Origin: Nocardioides sp.
GTDB lineage: Bacteria; Actinomycetota; Actinomycetes; Propionibacteriales; Nocardioidaceae
Direction: 5' to 3'
Assembly: GCF_035429765.1 (NCBI RefSeq)
Contig: NZ_DAOMFK010000001.1
Span: forward strand, 1-60,655
DNA: 60,655 nucleotides
Of this stretch, positions 9,083 through 19,872 are shown in pieces. Both the position numbers and the translations under genes were made by a program. Each line of letters opens with the position of its first letter. Position 1 is the stretch's first letter. The notes under the pieces are model-generated. The model searched no databases. It was not told the origin of the DNA and was given only the letters and a program-made list of their open reading frames with translations.

Positions 9083-11439
9083 GGGCGGGGTTCCTCCTGC
9101 CGCGCGATCAGTCGGCCGTAGACGTCGTACAGCTCCCCCAGGAACAGCCGCCCGAACTCGTCGAGCGCGTGCACCGGACGCTCTCCCCAGCACCGGAACG
9201 TCGTGAGCTGCTTGATGAAGTCCGGGACGTGGATCGTGATGATCCCCGACGCGATCACCTCCGTGTCGGGCTCCCCGGGAGCGAGGTGCCCCTGGAGGAT
9301 GCGCACGAACAGGGTGGAGGTGTCGCGCCACACGTCCAGCCCACGGTCGTCCTCGACCCGCTTCTCGCCGCTGAAGGTCAGCAGGTTCCCGCCCGGTCCG
9401 GCCAGCCAGAGCCGGTAGAGCATCCTGCGCTCGGCGGCGTCCGCGCCGGGCGAGAACAGGTTGAACCAGCCTCGGTGGACGTCGAACCGTCCCCCGAGGA
9501 AGTCCGCCTCGACGTAGCCGGTCGCACTGCCCTCGTGGACCGGGTCGGCGACGAACCGGTCGACGTCGTCCACGGTGATCGTGAGCTCGAACATGAGGGC
9601 GCCGCCGGTGCGCCTGCCCTCCTCGTAGCCCAGCTGGGGGTCGGTGGCGCCCAGCGCCGCGAACCCCCGCATCCGCTCGGTGAACCTCAAGCCGCTCGCG
9701 TGCGGGCCCACCACGTGGTCCGGCGGCCGCGGCTCCCCGGTCGCGGGGGTCGGGACCGCGCCGGAGGTCGGCGTCGAGACCACAGCGGTTTCGAGCATCC
9801 GCGTCGCGGCGCGGTCCGCCACCGCCGCGATCGTGAGCGACGGGTTCGCTCCCACCGGACCGGGCAGCAGCGCCCCGTCCAGCACGTACAGGCCGGGATG
9901 CCCGAACACCTCGCCGTACTGGTCGCACACGCCCTCCTGCGCGTGGCGACCCATCACGGCACCGCCGAGCGGGTGCACGGTGATCACCCGGTGCGCCCAC
10001 CAGAGGGCGTTGTCGTGGTACTCGCCCCCGACCTCCTCGGCGATCGCGCGCATCGTGGCGCGCACCCCTTCGAAGTAGGCCATCGACGACTCCGTCGTCC
10101 AGGTCACGGCGAGCTGGCCGTTCTCCAGCCGCAGCACCCCGTCGGGGATGTCGCGTCCCATCCCCAGCAGCGCCAGCGACGAGGTGGTGAACGCGGCGGG
10201 GCCGAGCAGCGCGGCGAGGTCCGCGCCGATCGTGGTGTCCCGCTCCCCGAACCGCTCGCCGACCTTGTCCGCCGCGAAGGCGAAGGCACGCCGGGCGGTT
10301 CCCGCTGCGTGGGCGGCCTCGACCAGCCAGGCCGCCCAGGCGGGGTAGCCCGCGTCCTCGATGTAGTGCCCCCGCCGGTCCGATCCGGTGCCGTCGGCCG
10401 GGTCGGCGACCCGGACCGCGGTCGTGATCACCGGTCCCCGGTTCGACCCGAGCGGCCGTGGGGCACCGTCCTGCTCGGCATGCAGCACCAGGCCCAGGAG
10501 GTCCCCGTTGCCGCTGAAGCGCTGCCCCACGGCGCGGCTCAGGGCCGGGAGCGCCGTCCGGTTCTTCAGCAGCAACGAGCCGGTGCCGAAGGTCCCGGCG
10601 GCGAGCACGAGGCGGTCGCACGTGATCGTCCGGCTCGCAAGCCCCTGTGGGACCTCACCGTCCGCGGCAGTGTGCACGACGTAGGTCACCTCGTAGCCCC
10701 GGTCGAGCGGTCGGAGTCCGGTCACCTCGTGCCGCACCCGGAGGTCGGCCCCGTGGTGCCTGGCCGCGGAGAGGTAGGTGTGGTCGAGGGTGTTCTTCGC
10801 GCCGAGGTTGCACCCGAAGTTGCACTCGGCGCACAGGTTGCAGGTCACTCGCGGGACCCCGTGGAGGTTGCCGTACGACGGCACGGGTATCTCACCCAGC
10901 GGCACCGGCGGTTCGCCCGGCCGGCGGCTGAAGCTGACCGCCAGGGGCGGCCGCTGCAGGTCGAGACCGAGGGCCCGCGCGGCCGTCTCCATCACCTGCG
11001 TCTTGCACGGGTCCACGTACGGGTACGGCGTGGCACCCAGCATCGTCTCGACCGCGTCGTAGTGGGGGTCGAGGTCCTGCCGGCTGATCGGCCAGGACTC
11101 GTAGCCTCCGCCCGGGAGCCCCTCCTCGCGCACGAACCACTTCTCGTCCTTGCGCAGCAGCACGTTCGCATAGACCAGCGAGCCCCCCCCGAGACCGCTG
11201 CTGACGAGCCCGTCGATGCCGTCGAAGGACCAGACCTCGAACAGCCCGTGCCGTCCCTGGGACGGCTCCCAGAAGTTGGCGGCGGTGCCCGCGGGAGTGC
11301 GCGGGAAGCTCCCCGGCGGGTAGGCGCGGCCGCGCTCGAGCAGGACGACGGACCTGCCGGCCTCGGCCAGCCGGAACGCCGCGACCGACCCCCCGAAGCC
11401 CGACCCCACCACCACGACCTCTGCGTGCTCGGCTGCCAT
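9079..11439 (-). CDS. GMC-family oxidoreductase (cholesterol-oxidase-like) with an extra C-terminal domain
   Basis: VVVGSGFGG, GLGGGSLVYANV, CNLCAECNFGCN, TVHPLGG, GANPSLTI; about 200-aa extension starting FTERMRG. Alternative GTG start 11469. Confidence 0.88.
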   Translation of the reverse strand: MAAEHAEVVVVGSGFGGSVAAFRLAEAGRSVVLLERGRAYPPGSFPRTPAGTAANFWEPSQGRHGLFEVWSFDGIDGLVSSGLGGGSLVYANVLLRKDEKWFVREEGLPGGGYESWPISRQDLDPHYDAVETMLGATPYPYVDPCKTQVMETAARALGLDLQRPPLAVSFSRRPGEPPVPLGEIPVPSYGNLHGVPRVTCNLCAECNFGCNLGAKNTLDHTYLSAARHHGADLRVRHEVTGLRPLDRGYEVTYVVHTAADGEVPQGLASRTITCDRLVLAAGTFGTGSLLLKNRTALPALSRAVGQRFSGNGDLLGLVLHAEQDGAPRPLGSNRGPVITTAVRVADPADGTGSDRRGHYIEDAGYPAWAAWLVEAAHAAGTARRAFAFAADKVGERFGERDTTIGADLAALLGPAAFTTSSLALLGMGRDIPDGVLRLENGQLAVTWTTESSMAYFEGVRATMRAIAEEVGGEYHDNALWWAHRVITVHPLGGAVMGRHAQEGVCDQYGEVFGHPGLYVLDGALLPGPVGANPSLTIAAVADRAATRMLETAVVSTPTSGAVPTPATGEPRPPDHVVGPHASGLRFTERMRGFAALGATDPQLGYEEGRRTGGALMFELTITVDDVDRFVADPVHEGSATGYVEADFLGGRFDVHRGWFNLFSPGADAAERRMLYRLWLAGPGGNLLTFSGEKRVEDDRGLDVWRDTSTLFVRILQGHLAPGEPDTEVIASGIITIHVPDFIKQLTTFRCWGERPVHALDEFGRLFLGELYDVYGRLIARQEEPRP

Positions 11440-11559
11440 GCCCACCCCCCGGACGTCGCGCTCCTCCACTGGAGGTCACTATGGCGGAAATCACACCCCA
11501 GGGGCAGGGCCCCCGCGGATCCTTGTCCCCGGCCGCATCGACAGATCCACCGGCCGCGG

Positions 11560-12237
11560 TCAGGGCATGAAGCGATAGCCCATGCCTGGTTCGGTGAGGA
11601 GGTGCCGGGGGCGGGAGGGATCCGGCTCGAGCTTCTTGCGCAGCTGGGCCATGTACTGCCGCAGGTAGTGGGTCTCGTCGAGATAGGTGGGCCCCCAGAC
11701 CTCGTGCAGCAGCCGGCGCTGGCTGACCAGCTTCCCGGGGTTGCGCACCAGGATCGCGAGCAGGTCCCACTCGGTCCTGGTGAGGTGGACCAGCTCGCCG
11801 TCGGCGTCCCACACGGCCCTCTCGGCGAGGTCCACCGTCACCGCGCCGAGCCGCACCGGCTCGTCGTCGGCCACGTCGGGGCGGAGCCGACGGCTGACCG
11901 CCTTGATCCGGGCCAGGAGCTCCTCGATGTTGAAAGGCTTGGTGACGTAGTCGTCGGCGCCCGCATTGAGGGCGAGGATCTTGTCGCTGCTGCCGGCCCG
12001 GCCGGACAGCACGATGATCGGCACGTCGGTCCACTCCCGCAGGGAGCGGATCACCTGGACGCCGTCGATGTCGGGCAGGCCGAGGTCGAGGACGAGCAGG
12101 TCGGGCCGCCGGTTCCTCGCGGCGTCCAGAGCGCTCGCGCCGTCGGCGGCGGTGACCACGTCGAACCGGCGGGCCGACAGGTTGATCCGCAGCGCGCGCA
12201 GGATCTGGGGTTCGTCGTCGACGATCAGGACCCGCAT
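11560..12237 (-). CDS. kdpE: Response regulator KdpE (OmpR family)
   Basis: MRVLIVDDEPQI, LDLGLPD, ADDYVTKPF, YLRQYMAQLRKKLE; TGATG-coupled to kdpD. Confidence 0.93.
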   Translation of the reverse strand: MRVLIVDDEPQILRALRINLSARRFDVVTAADGASALDAARNRRPDLLVLDLGLPDIDGVQVIRSLREWTDVPIIVLSGRAGSSDKILALNAGADDYVTKPFNIEELLARIKAVSRRLRPDVADDEPVRLGAVTVDLAERAVWDADGELVHLTRTEWDLLAILVRNPGKLVSQRRLLHEVWGPTYLDETHYLRQYMAQLRKKLEPDPSRPRHLLTEPGMGYRFMP

Positions 12238-14804
12238 CAGGGGATCGTCTCCTCGTGCCACTCGGTGGCGGGCGTGGGGGCGGTCGTGAGCGCGAGGTCC
12301 ATGGTGAGCCCCCCGCCGGGGGTGTCCTCTGCGTCGAGGGAGCCGCCCATGGCCTCGGCCAGACCCCGGGACAGGGCGAGCCCGAGGCCGATGCCGGGAG
12401 GTCCGTACCGGTCGCCGGACCGCTGGAAGGGGAGGAAGATCCGGTCCCGCTCGTCGGTGGCCAGCCCCGGGCCGTGGTCGATCACCCGGATGTGCACGGT
12501 GGCGACGTGCGCGCTGGCCGCGACCGTGGGGGGTGAGCCGGGTGGTGAGTACTTCACGGCGTTGGAGAGCAGGTTGGCCAGGATCCGCTGGAGCAGGGCC
12601 GGGTCGGCCATCACCTCGGGCAGGTCGTCGGCCACCTGTATCCGGACGTCGTCGCCCGGGCTGCCGAGCTCGTCGACGGCCAGGGGGACCACCTCGGCGA
12701 CGCTGGTCGGCTCAGGGTGGACCCCGAGCGCCCCGGCCTGGAGGCGGCTCATGTCCAGCAGGTTCTCGACCAGGCGGGTCAGCAGGTCGAGGGACTCGTC
12801 GGCGGTGGCGAGGAGCTCCTGCCGGTCGCTCTCGTCGAAGGCCACGTCCGGGGTGCGGAGGCCGCGCACCGCTGCCTTGGCCGAGGCCAGGGGAGCGCGC
12901 AGGTCGTGGCTGACCGCTTGGAGCAGGGCGGTGCGGAGCCTGTCGGCCTCGGCGATCGGGACGGCGGCCGCGGCCTGCTCGGCCAGCCGCTGCTGACGGA
13001 GCGCGAGCGCGGCCTGGACGGCGAACGCCTCGACGATCCGTTGGTCGGACGCGTCCAGGGTCCTGCCCTTGAGCACCAGCGTGAGGCTGTCGTCGACCGG
13101 CACGTCGCCGTCCCCCTCGCTGGGCGCCCCGCAGACCGGTGACCCGACGCTCTCCGCGACGGTCCACAGGCTGGCGTCACTCCGTCCGGTGGGCGTCTCC
13201 GGCACGTCCGAGGTCCGCTCCAGCAACGTCACCGAGTCGAGCGAGAAGGACTCCCGCAGCTGCTCGAGGAGCGCGGGCAGCGGGCGGGCTCCCCGCAGCA
13301 CGCTGCCGGCGACCACGGCCAGCGCGTTCGCCTCCTGCCGCGCCCGGGCGGCCTGCTGGGTGCGGCGTACGGCGAGGTTGACGGTGGTGGCGACCGTCAG
13401 TGCGACGAGGAGGAACACCGCCAGCGCGAGCACGTTCTCCGACTCGGCGATGGTCCAGGTGTTGTAGGGCGGGGTGAAGTAGAAGTTGAGCAGCAGGGAG
13501 CTCACCACGGCCGCGGCGAACGCGGCCCAGAGGCGCCCGACCAGCGAGACCGCGACGACTGCGACGAGGAAGATGAGGATCAGGCTGGACAGGGACAGGT
13601 CGGTGCGGGACCCGGTCAGGGCCACCGTGAGGAGCGGCATCAGCACCGCGGTCAGGGCGAGACCGAGCAGCAGGCGCCCCAGCGCGTCGTCGCGCACTCC
13701 CGGCCGACGCAGCCAGGGGCGCTTGGTCTCCTCGTGGGTGACGAGGTGGACGTCGATCGACCCCGACTCGACCACGATGGCGACGCCGATCCCCCGGGAC
13801 AGCAGCTGCGCGAACCGCCCCCGCCTGCTGGCTCCGAGCACGAGCTGGGTCGCGTTGACGCCGCGGGCGAACGAGAGCAGGGCCTGGGGGATGTCGTCGC
13901 CGACGACCTGGTGGTACGTGCCACCCATGCTCTCCACCAGCGTGCGCTGGTGGGCGAGGTGCACCGGATCGGGGCCGGCCAGGCCCTCGTTCTGGACCAC
14001 GTGCACGGCGAGCAGGTCGGCGCCACGGGCACGTTCGGCGATCCGGGCGGCCCGGCGGATCAGCGTGTCCCCCTCGGGTCCGCCGGTGAGGGCCACGACC
14101 ACCCGTTCGCGGGCCTCCCAGGTTCCCTCGATGCCGTGGTCCCGGCGGTACCGGTCGAGCTGCTCGTCGACCTTGTCGGCCAGCCACAGCAGTGCCAGCT
14201 CGCGCAGGGCGGTGAGGTTGCCGACCCGGAAGTAGTGGCCGAGCGCGGCGTCGACCTTGTCCGACGCGTAGATGTTGCCGTGGGCCATCCGTCGGCGCAG
14301 CGCCTCGGCGGTCATGTCGACCAGCTCGATCTGCTCGGCGGCGCGGACCACGGAGTCGGGAAGGGTCTCGCGCTGGGTGATCCCGGTGATCTGCTCGACG
14401 ACGTCGTTGAGCGACTCCAGGTGCTGGATGTTCACGGTCGTGATGACGTCGATACCCGCCTCGAGCAGCTGCTCGATGTCCTGCCAGCGCTTCTCGTGCC
14501 GGGACCCGGGCACGTTGGTGTGGGCCATCTCGTCGACCAGCGCGACCTTCGGTCGCCGCGCGAGCACGGCGTCGAGGTCCATCTCGGGGAAGTGCGCGCC
14601 CCGGTAGGTCAGCTGCCGGCGGGGGACCGCCTCCAGGCCCTCGGCCATGGCCGTGGTCAGCGGACGGTCGTGGGGCTCGACGTAGCCGATGACGACGTCG
14701 GTCCCTCTCGCCCTGCGGCGCTGGCCCTCCTCCAGCATCCGGTAGGTCTTGCCGACCCCGGGTGCGGCACCGAGGTAGACGCGGAGCATGCCACGGGAGG
14801 TCAC
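12237..14804 (-). CDS. kdpD: Sensor histidine kinase KdpD
   Basis: GAAPGVGKT, VDEMAHTN, USP domain, 4 TM (DUF4118), HDLRAPL H-box, GLGL. Confidence 0.96.
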   Translation of the reverse strand: MTSRGMLRVYLGAAPGVGKTYRMLEEGQRRRARGTDVVIGYVEPHDRPLTTAMAEGLEAVPRRQLTYRGAHFPEMDLDAVLARRPKVALVDEMAHTNVPGSRHEKRWQDIEQLLEAGIDVITTVNIQHLESLNDVVEQITGITQRETLPDSVVRAAEQIELVDMTAEALRRRMAHGNIYASDKVDAALGHYFRVGNLTALRELALLWLADKVDEQLDRYRRDHGIEGTWEARERVVVALTGGPEGDTLIRRAARIAERARGADLLAVHVVQNEGLAGPDPVHLAHQRTLVESMGGTYHQVVGDDIPQALLSFARGVNATQLVLGASRRGRFAQLLSRGIGVAIVVESGSIDVHLVTHEETKRPWLRRPGVRDDALGRLLLGLALTAVLMPLLTVALTGSRTDLSLSSLILIFLVAVVAVSLVGRLWAAFAAAVVSSLLLNFYFTPPYNTWTIAESENVLALAVFLLVALTVATTVNLAVRRTQQAARARQEANALAVVAGSVLRGARPLPALLEQLRESFSLDSVTLLERTSDVPETPTGRSDASLWTVAESVGSPVCGAPSEGDGDVPVDDSLTLVLKGRTLDASDQRIVEAFAVQAALALRQQRLAEQAAAAVPIAEADRLRTALLQAVSHDLRAPLASAKAAVRGLRTPDVAFDESDRQELLATADESLDLLTRLVENLLDMSRLQAGALGVHPEPTSVAEVVPLAVDELGSPGDDVRIQVADDLPEVMADPALLQRILANLLSNAVKYSPPGSPPTVAASAHVATVHIRVIDHGPGLATDERDRIFLPFQRSGDRYGPPGIGLGLALSRGLAEAMGGSLDAEDTPGGGLTMDLALTTAPTPATEWHEETIP

Positions 14805-14841
14805 CTAGGCACCCTCCCTTCGGTCCTCACGCTCTCAAGCG

Positions 14842-15699
14842 TCACTGCTTCGGGTACCGCTCGTCGAGCGCGAGGTTCAGCTCCAGCACGTTCACACCCG
14901 GCTCCCCGAGCAGTCTCGCCGTGGGCCCCTGCGTGTACTCCTCGATCAACGATTGCACCACCGCGACGTCGATGCCCCGCTTCTGCGCGACACGAGGGGC
15001 CTGGAGCCGGGCGTACGCCGGCGAGACGTGCGGATCGAGGCCTGAGCCGCTGGCGGTGACCGCGTCCGCCGGCACGACGGGGTGGGCCGGCGCGTCGCCA
15101 CGGACCGGGACCACGACCGCGCCGGAGTGGTCCTCCCCGGCGACGGCGAGCTCGACCGGGACACCCCGGTACTCGTCGAGGAAGGGGGTCCCCGAGGTCT
15201 GGTTGAGGCTGACCACCCTGAGCACGTCGCCGGTCAGGCCGTCGGAGAGGTAGACGCCGAGGACGGCGCCGACGCCGTCCGGAGTGCAGTACGGACGCGA
15301 CCCGTCGACGCCCTCGAGCTCACCGATCGCGTGGCTGCGGGCGCAGACCTGGGTGAGCAGGCTGGGCCGCTCGGGGGTGTCGACGACGTCCTCCGGCCCC
15401 AGGTTGCTCGCGGACGTCGCGGTCGGGTCGTACCCGTTGCCGGCCGCGGAGGGGCGGGACTGGAAGTACTCCGGGAGCGGGTTGCCGTCGGCGTCGGTGA
15501 AGGACTGCCCGAGAAGTCGGCTGCCGACCACCCGGCCTCCGGCGGTGACCAGGGAGCCGTCGGCCTTCCCGCTGAGGCCGGGCAGCCGGGCGAGGGCGAC
15601 GAGCGTGAGGGGGTAGGCGAGCCCGAGCAGGAGGGTGAAGACCAGCAGGGCACGCACCGCGGCGAGGTGCCGGGCGACGGGGCGGGGGGAGGTGCGCAT
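14842..15699 (-). CDS. kdpC: K+-transporting ATPase subunit C, long form
   Basis: GSRLLGQSF, YFQSRPSA, DAVTASGSGLDPHVS, VNVLELNLALD; internal insertion of roughly 90 aa. Confidence 0.93.
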   Translation of the reverse strand: MRTSPRPVARHLAAVRALLVFTLLLGLAYPLTLVALARLPGLSGKADGSLVTAGGRVVGSRLLGQSFTDADGNPLPEYFQSRPSAAGNGYDPTATSASNLGPEDVVDTPERPSLLTQVCARSHAIGELEGVDGSRPYCTPDGVGAVLGVYLSDGLTGDVLRVVSLNQTSGTPFLDEYRGVPVELAVAGEDHSGAVVVPVRGDAPAHPVVPADAVTASGSGLDPHVSPAYARLQAPRVAQKRGIDVAVVQSLIEEYTQGPTARLLGEPGVNVLELNLALDERYPKQ

Positions 15700-17825
15700 C
15701 AGCCCATCCCAGGGAGGTGCTGGACCAGCAGGTCGATGAGCTTGATCCCGAGGAACGGGGCGAGCACCCCGCCCGCGCCGTAGACCAGCAGGTTGCGGCG
15801 CAGCAGGGCCGCGGCGCCGCCCGGCCGGTAGGGGACGCCGCGCAGTGCGAGCGGGATCAGCGCAACGATCACGAGGGCGTTGAACACGACCGCCGAGAGG
15901 ATCGCCGACTGCGGGCTGGCCAGCGCCATCACGTTGAGCCGATCCAGCCCCGGGTACACGCTGGCGAACATGGCGGGGATGATCGCGAAGTACTTCGCGA
16001 TGTCGTTGGAGATCGAGAACGTGGTGAGGGCGCCGCGGGTGATCAGCAGCTGCTTGCCGATGCCGACGATCTCGATCAGCTTGGTCGGGTCGGAGTCGAG
16101 GTCGACCATGTTGCCGGCCTCCTTGGCCGCCGACGTACCGGTGTTCATCGCCACCCCGACGTCGGCCTGGGCCAGGGCGGGCGCGTCGTTGGTGCCGTCC
16201 CCGGTCATCGCGACCAGGCGGCCGCCGGCCTGCTCCTTCCTGATCAGCTCCATCTTGTCCTCAGGGGTGGCCTCGGCGAGGAAGTCGTCGACGCCGGCCT
16301 CCTCGGCGATCGCTTTCGCGGTGAGTGGGTTGTCGCCGGTGATCATGACCGTGCGGATCCCCATCCGGCGCATCTCGTCGAACCTCTCGCGCATACCCTC
16401 CTTGACCACGTCCTTGAGGTGGATGACCCCGAGTGCGCGGGCCGGCCGGTCCCCCTCCCTCTCGGCGACCACCAGGGGGGGGCCGCCGGCGGCGCTGATC
16501 GCGTCGACGGTGGCACCGACCGTCTCGGTGGGGTGACCGCCGTTCTCCCGGACCCAGTGCATGACCGCGGCCGCGGCACCCTTGCGGATCTGCCGGCCGT
16601 CCACGTCGACGCCGGACATGCGGGTCTGGGCGGTGAACGGCACCCACGTGGCGTGCGCGAGCTCACCGGGCTGCCGCTCCCGCAGCCCGTGCGCCCGCTT
16701 GGCGTGCACCACGATCGAGCGTCCTTCGGGGGTCTCGTCGGCCAGGCTGGAGAGCTGGGCTGCGTCGGCCAGCAGCTCGGGGTCGACGCCCGGAACGGGC
16801 GCGAACTCCGAGGCCTGCCGGTTGCCCAGGGTGATGGTGCCGGTCTTGTCCAGCAGCAGGGTGTTGACGTCACCGGCGGCCTCCACGGCCCGGCCGCTCA
16901 TCGCCAGCACGTTGCGCTGCACCAGGCGGTCCATCCCGGCGATGCCGATCGCCGAGAGCAGCGCGCCGATGGTGGTGGGGATCAGGCACACCAGCAGGGC
17001 CACGAGCACCACACCGGTGACACCGCTCTCGTCGAGCGCGACGGTGTCCGGTGCCGCGGAGCTGACGCTCTTGGCGTAGATGGCCAGTGGCTGCAGGGTG
17101 ACCACGGCCATCAGGAAGACCAGCGTCAGGGCCGCGAGCAGGATGTTCAGGGCGATCTCGTTGGGGGTCTTCTGCCGGTTCGCTCCTTCGACGAGCGAGA
17201 TCATCCGGTCGATGAAGCTGTCTCCGGGCGTCTGGGTGATCTGCACGACGATGCGGTCGGAGAGCACCCGGGTGCCACCGGTCACCGCGCAGCGGTCGCC
17301 GCCGGACTCCCGGATCACCGGTGCCGACTCGCCGGTGATCGCCGACTCGTCGACGCTGGCGATGCCCTCCACGACGTCCCCGTCACCGGGGATGGTGTCC
17401 CCGGCCTCGACCAGCACGATGTCGCCCTTGGCGAGCTCCGGGGCCGGGACGCTCTCGACGTCGCTCGCCGCGAGGACCGCGCCCGGCTGCCACCCGGTGA
17501 CACGTCGGGCCACGGTGGCCTGCCGGGTCTTGCGGAGCGTGTCGGCCTGCGCCTTGCCGCGGCCCTCGGCCACGGCTTCGGCGAGGTTGGCGAACACCAC
17601 GGTGACCCACAGCCACCCGGTGATGAGCCAGGCGAACAGCGACGGGTCGGTGACCGCCAGCACGGTGGTGAACGCCGCGCCGATCTCGACGATGAGCATG
17701 ACCGGGTTGCGCCACATCAGCCGGGGGTCGAGCTTGCGCAGCGCGCCGGGCAGGGCCCGGACCAGCTGGCGCGCATCCAGCAGGTGACCGGCCCGGGAGG
17801 TGGCCCGGCTTCCGGACGCGGTCAT
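15699..17825 (-). CDS. kdpB: K+-transporting ATPase subunit B (P-type ATPase)
   Basis: [27 protein letters not shown]; start ATG 17825 overlaps the kdpA stop. Confidence 0.97.
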   Translation of the reverse strand: MTASGSRATSRAGHLLDARQLVRALPGALRKLDPRLMWRNPVMLIVEIGAAFTTVLAVTDPSLFAWLITGWLWVTVVFANLAEAVAEGRGKAQADTLRKTRQATVARRVTGWQPGAVLAASDVESVPAPELAKGDIVLVEAGDTIPGDGDVVEGIASVDESAITGESAPVIRESGGDRCAVTGGTRVLSDRIVVQITQTPGDSFIDRMISLVEGANRQKTPNEIALNILLAALTLVFLMAVVTLQPLAIYAKSVSSAAPDTVALDESGVTGVVLVALLVCLIPTTIGALLSAIGIAGMDRLVQRNVLAMSGRAVEAAGDVNTLLLDKTGTITLGNRQASEFAPVPGVDPELLADAAQLSSLADETPEGRSIVVHAKRAHGLRERQPGELAHATWVPFTAQTRMSGVDVDGRQIRKGAAAAVMHWVRENGGHPTETVGATVDAISAAGGPPLVVAEREGDRPARALGVIHLKDVVKEGMRERFDEMRRMGIRTVMITGDNPLTAKAIAEEAGVDDFLAEATPEDKMELIRKEQAGGRLVAMTGDGTNDAPALAQADVGVAMNTGTSAAKEAGNMVDLDSDPTKLIEIVGIGKQLLITRGALTTFSISNDIAKYFAIIPAMFASVYPGLDRLNVMALASPQSAILSAVVFNALVIVALIPLALRGVPYRPGGAAALLRRNLLVYGAGGVLAPFLGIKLIDLLVQHLPGMG

Positions 17826-19486
17826 CGGGCGAGTCCTTCCGCGAGCGGGCCGAGCGCGAGCGCCGGCAGGAACGTGAGGGCGACCAGCACCACCGTCACG
17901 CCGACCAGCATGGAGACGAAGAGGGGTGTGTGGGTCGGCATGGTTCCGGCCGACGCCGGCGCGGGGGTCTGCCGACCGAGGCTGCCGGCCAGTGCGAGCA
18001 CGAGCACGATCGGCAGGAACCGGCCCAGCAGCATGCACAGCCCCAGCACGACGTCGTACCACGGCGTGCTGACGGTGAGGCCTGCGAACGCGGAGCCGTT
18101 GTTGTTGCTGGCCGAGGTGAAGGCGTAGAGGACCTCGGAGAACCCGTGGGTGCCGGTGTTCAGCATGGATGCCCGTTGCTCCGGGCTGGCCATCGCCAGC
18201 GCGGTGCCGACCAGCACCAGGAAGGGGGTGACGAGGAAGTACAGCGAGGCGAGCTTGATCTCCCGGGCGCCGATCTTCTTGCCCAGGTACTCCGGGGTCC
18301 GGCCCACCATCAGGCCGGCCACGAACACGGTGATGATCGCCAGCACGAGCATGCCGTACAGCCCGGATCCCACCCCACCCGGCGCAACCTCGCCCAGCAT
18401 CATGTTGGACATCAGGATCCCTCCACCGAGGCCGGAGTAGGAGTCGTGGAAGGAGTCGACCGACCCTGTCGAGGTGAGCGTGGTCATCGCCGCGAAGGTC
18501 GCCGAGCTGCCGGTGCCGAACCTGACCTCACGGCCCTCCAGCGACGCTCCGACCGCACTCGGAACCGTGCCCGGGTGGGCCAGCTCGGTGACGTTGAGCA
18601 GCACGATCGACGCCACGGCGAGGCTGCCCATGGCGGTGAGGATCGCCAGTCCCTGCCGCGTGTCGTCCACCATCCGGCCGAGCACCCGGGGCAGCGAGAA
18701 CGGGATCAGCCCGATCAGGAAGATCGCCAGCCAGTTCGTCCAGGCGGTGGGGTTCTCGAACGGGTGGGCGGAGTTGGCGTTGTAGAAGCCACCCCCGTTG
18801 GTGCCGAGCTCCTTGATGATCTCCTGGCTGGCCACCGGGCCTCCGGTGATGGTCTGCGAACCACCGGCGAGGGTGGTGACCTCGGTGCCTCCGGACAGGT
18901 TCTGCACCATGCCGGCGGCGATGAACGCGACGGCGCCGAGCACCGCGACCGGCAGCAGCACCCGGACCACCAGGCGGGTCAGGTCCACCCAGAAGTTCCC
19001 GAGCCGGCCGGTGTGGCTGCGGGCCAGACCACGCACGAGCACCACGGCCACGGCGATGCCGACCGCGGCGGACAGGAAGTTCTGCACCGCGAGTCCGCCC
19101 ATCTGGGTGAGGTGGGTCATCGTCGACTCACCCGCGTAGGCCTGCCAGTTCGTGTTCGTCACGAAGCTCACCGCGGTGTTCCAGGCGACGTGTGAGTCCA
19201 CTCCTGGAAGCCCGGCGTCCAGCCACAGGTGCCCCTGCAGCCGCTGCAGGCCGTAGAGGAACAGGACCGAGACCGCCGAGAAGGCCAGCAGGCTGCGGGT
19301 GTACACGCCGGCGTTCTGCTCGGAGTCGGCATCGACCCCGACCAGACGGTAGACCGCCCGCTCCACCCGGAGGTGCCTCGGCGACGTCACCACCCGGAAC
19401 AGGTAGTCGCCGAAGAACCGGTAGCCGAGCACCCACGCCGCCAGAAGGGACAGGATGAACAGGGCCGCCGACCACCCGAGGCTCAT
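17822..19486 (-). CDS. kdpA: K+-transporting ATPase subunit A
   Basis: [38 protein letters not shown]. Confidence 0.97.
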   Translation of the reverse strand: MSLGWSAALFILSLLAAWVLGYRFFGDYLFRVVTSPRHLRVERAVYRLVGVDADSEQNAGVYTRSLLAFSAVSVLFLYGLQRLQGHLWLDAGLPGVDSHVAWNTAVSFVTNTNWQAYAGESTMTHLTQMGGLAVQNFLSAAVGIAVAVVLVRGLARSHTGRLGNFWVDLTRLVVRVLLPVAVLGAVAFIAAGMVQNLSGGTEVTTLAGGSQTITGGPVASQEIIKELGTNGGGFYNANSAHPFENPTAWTNWLAIFLIGLIPFSLPRVLGRMVDDTRQGLAILTAMGSLAVASIVLLNVTELAHPGTVPSAVGASLEGREVRFGTGSSATFAAMTTLTSTGSVDSFHDSYSGLGGGILMSNMMLGEVAPGGVGSGLYGMLVLAIITVFVAGLMVGRTPEYLGKKIGAREIKLASLYFLVTPFLVLVGTALAMASPEQRASMLNTGTHGFSEVLYAFTSASNNNGSAFAGLTVSTPWYDVVLGLCMLLGRFLPIVLVLALAGSLGRQTPAPASAGTMPTHTPLFVSMLVGVTVVLVALTFLPALALGPLAEGLAR

Positions 19487-19575
19487 CAGAACCGCTCCGG
19501 GAACAGGAGCGCGGCGAGCATGAAGAGGGCCACGCCGACCGCGAGGACGAGGCCGATCACGTTGACCGCGGTCAC
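19486..19575 (-). CDS. kdpF: K+-transporting ATPase subunit F (29 aa)
   Basis: GTG start; [29 protein letters not shown] with the KdpF C-terminal PERF; TGATG overlap with kdpA. Confidence 0.9.
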   Translation of the reverse strand: MTAVNVIGLVLAVGVALFMLAALLFPERF

Positions 19576-19655
19576 AGCCGTTCGGCCCCCCTCACCGCGA
19601 GGGCCAGCAGTCCGAACAGCACAACCGTCAGAACAACGAGGCCGACGTCGGCCAT
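19572..19655 (-). CDS. 27-aa hydrophobic peptide upstream of kdpF
   Basis: [27 protein letters not shown]; GGAGGA RBS; GTGA overlap with the kdpF start. Confidence 0.75.
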   Translation of the reverse strand: MADVGLVVLTVVLFGLLALAVRGAERL

Positions 19656-19751
19656 GGCACGTCCTCCAGCAGGGTCCGGCCGCCCCTCGGTCGGGCGGCC
19701 CTGGCTCCACCCAACGCCCCTGGGAACGGCGATTCCAGTCGTGGCCGGGGT

Positions 19752-19808
19752 TCCTGACGAAATCTCTACGTCCTCGGCGTGCACCGGGCGTAGGGATTGC
19801 GTCAAGGA
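19752..19808. promoter_or_regulatory. Inverted pair of putative KdpE-binding boxes
   Basis: TCCTGACGAAATCTCTACGTCC (+) and CCTTGACGCAATCCCTACGCCC (-) match at 17/22 positions; located between the divergent kdp operon and the DUF4118 gene. Confidence 0.55.
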
Positions 19809-19872
19809 GTGGCGTCGGCGGCCGGGACGTGCGCCAGACTGGGGGTGTCCGGTGGCGTGAAGGAGTGGCGGG

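Noticed and set aside
9169-12996. Very long ORFs antisense or frame-shifted to real genes (e.g. 9169-12996 +, 29386-32712 -, 15717-18128 +, 3649-6153 -, 21852-24320 -)
   Set aside because: Shadow ORFs expected from high-GC codon bias; no family motifs, and they fully overlap well-supported genes
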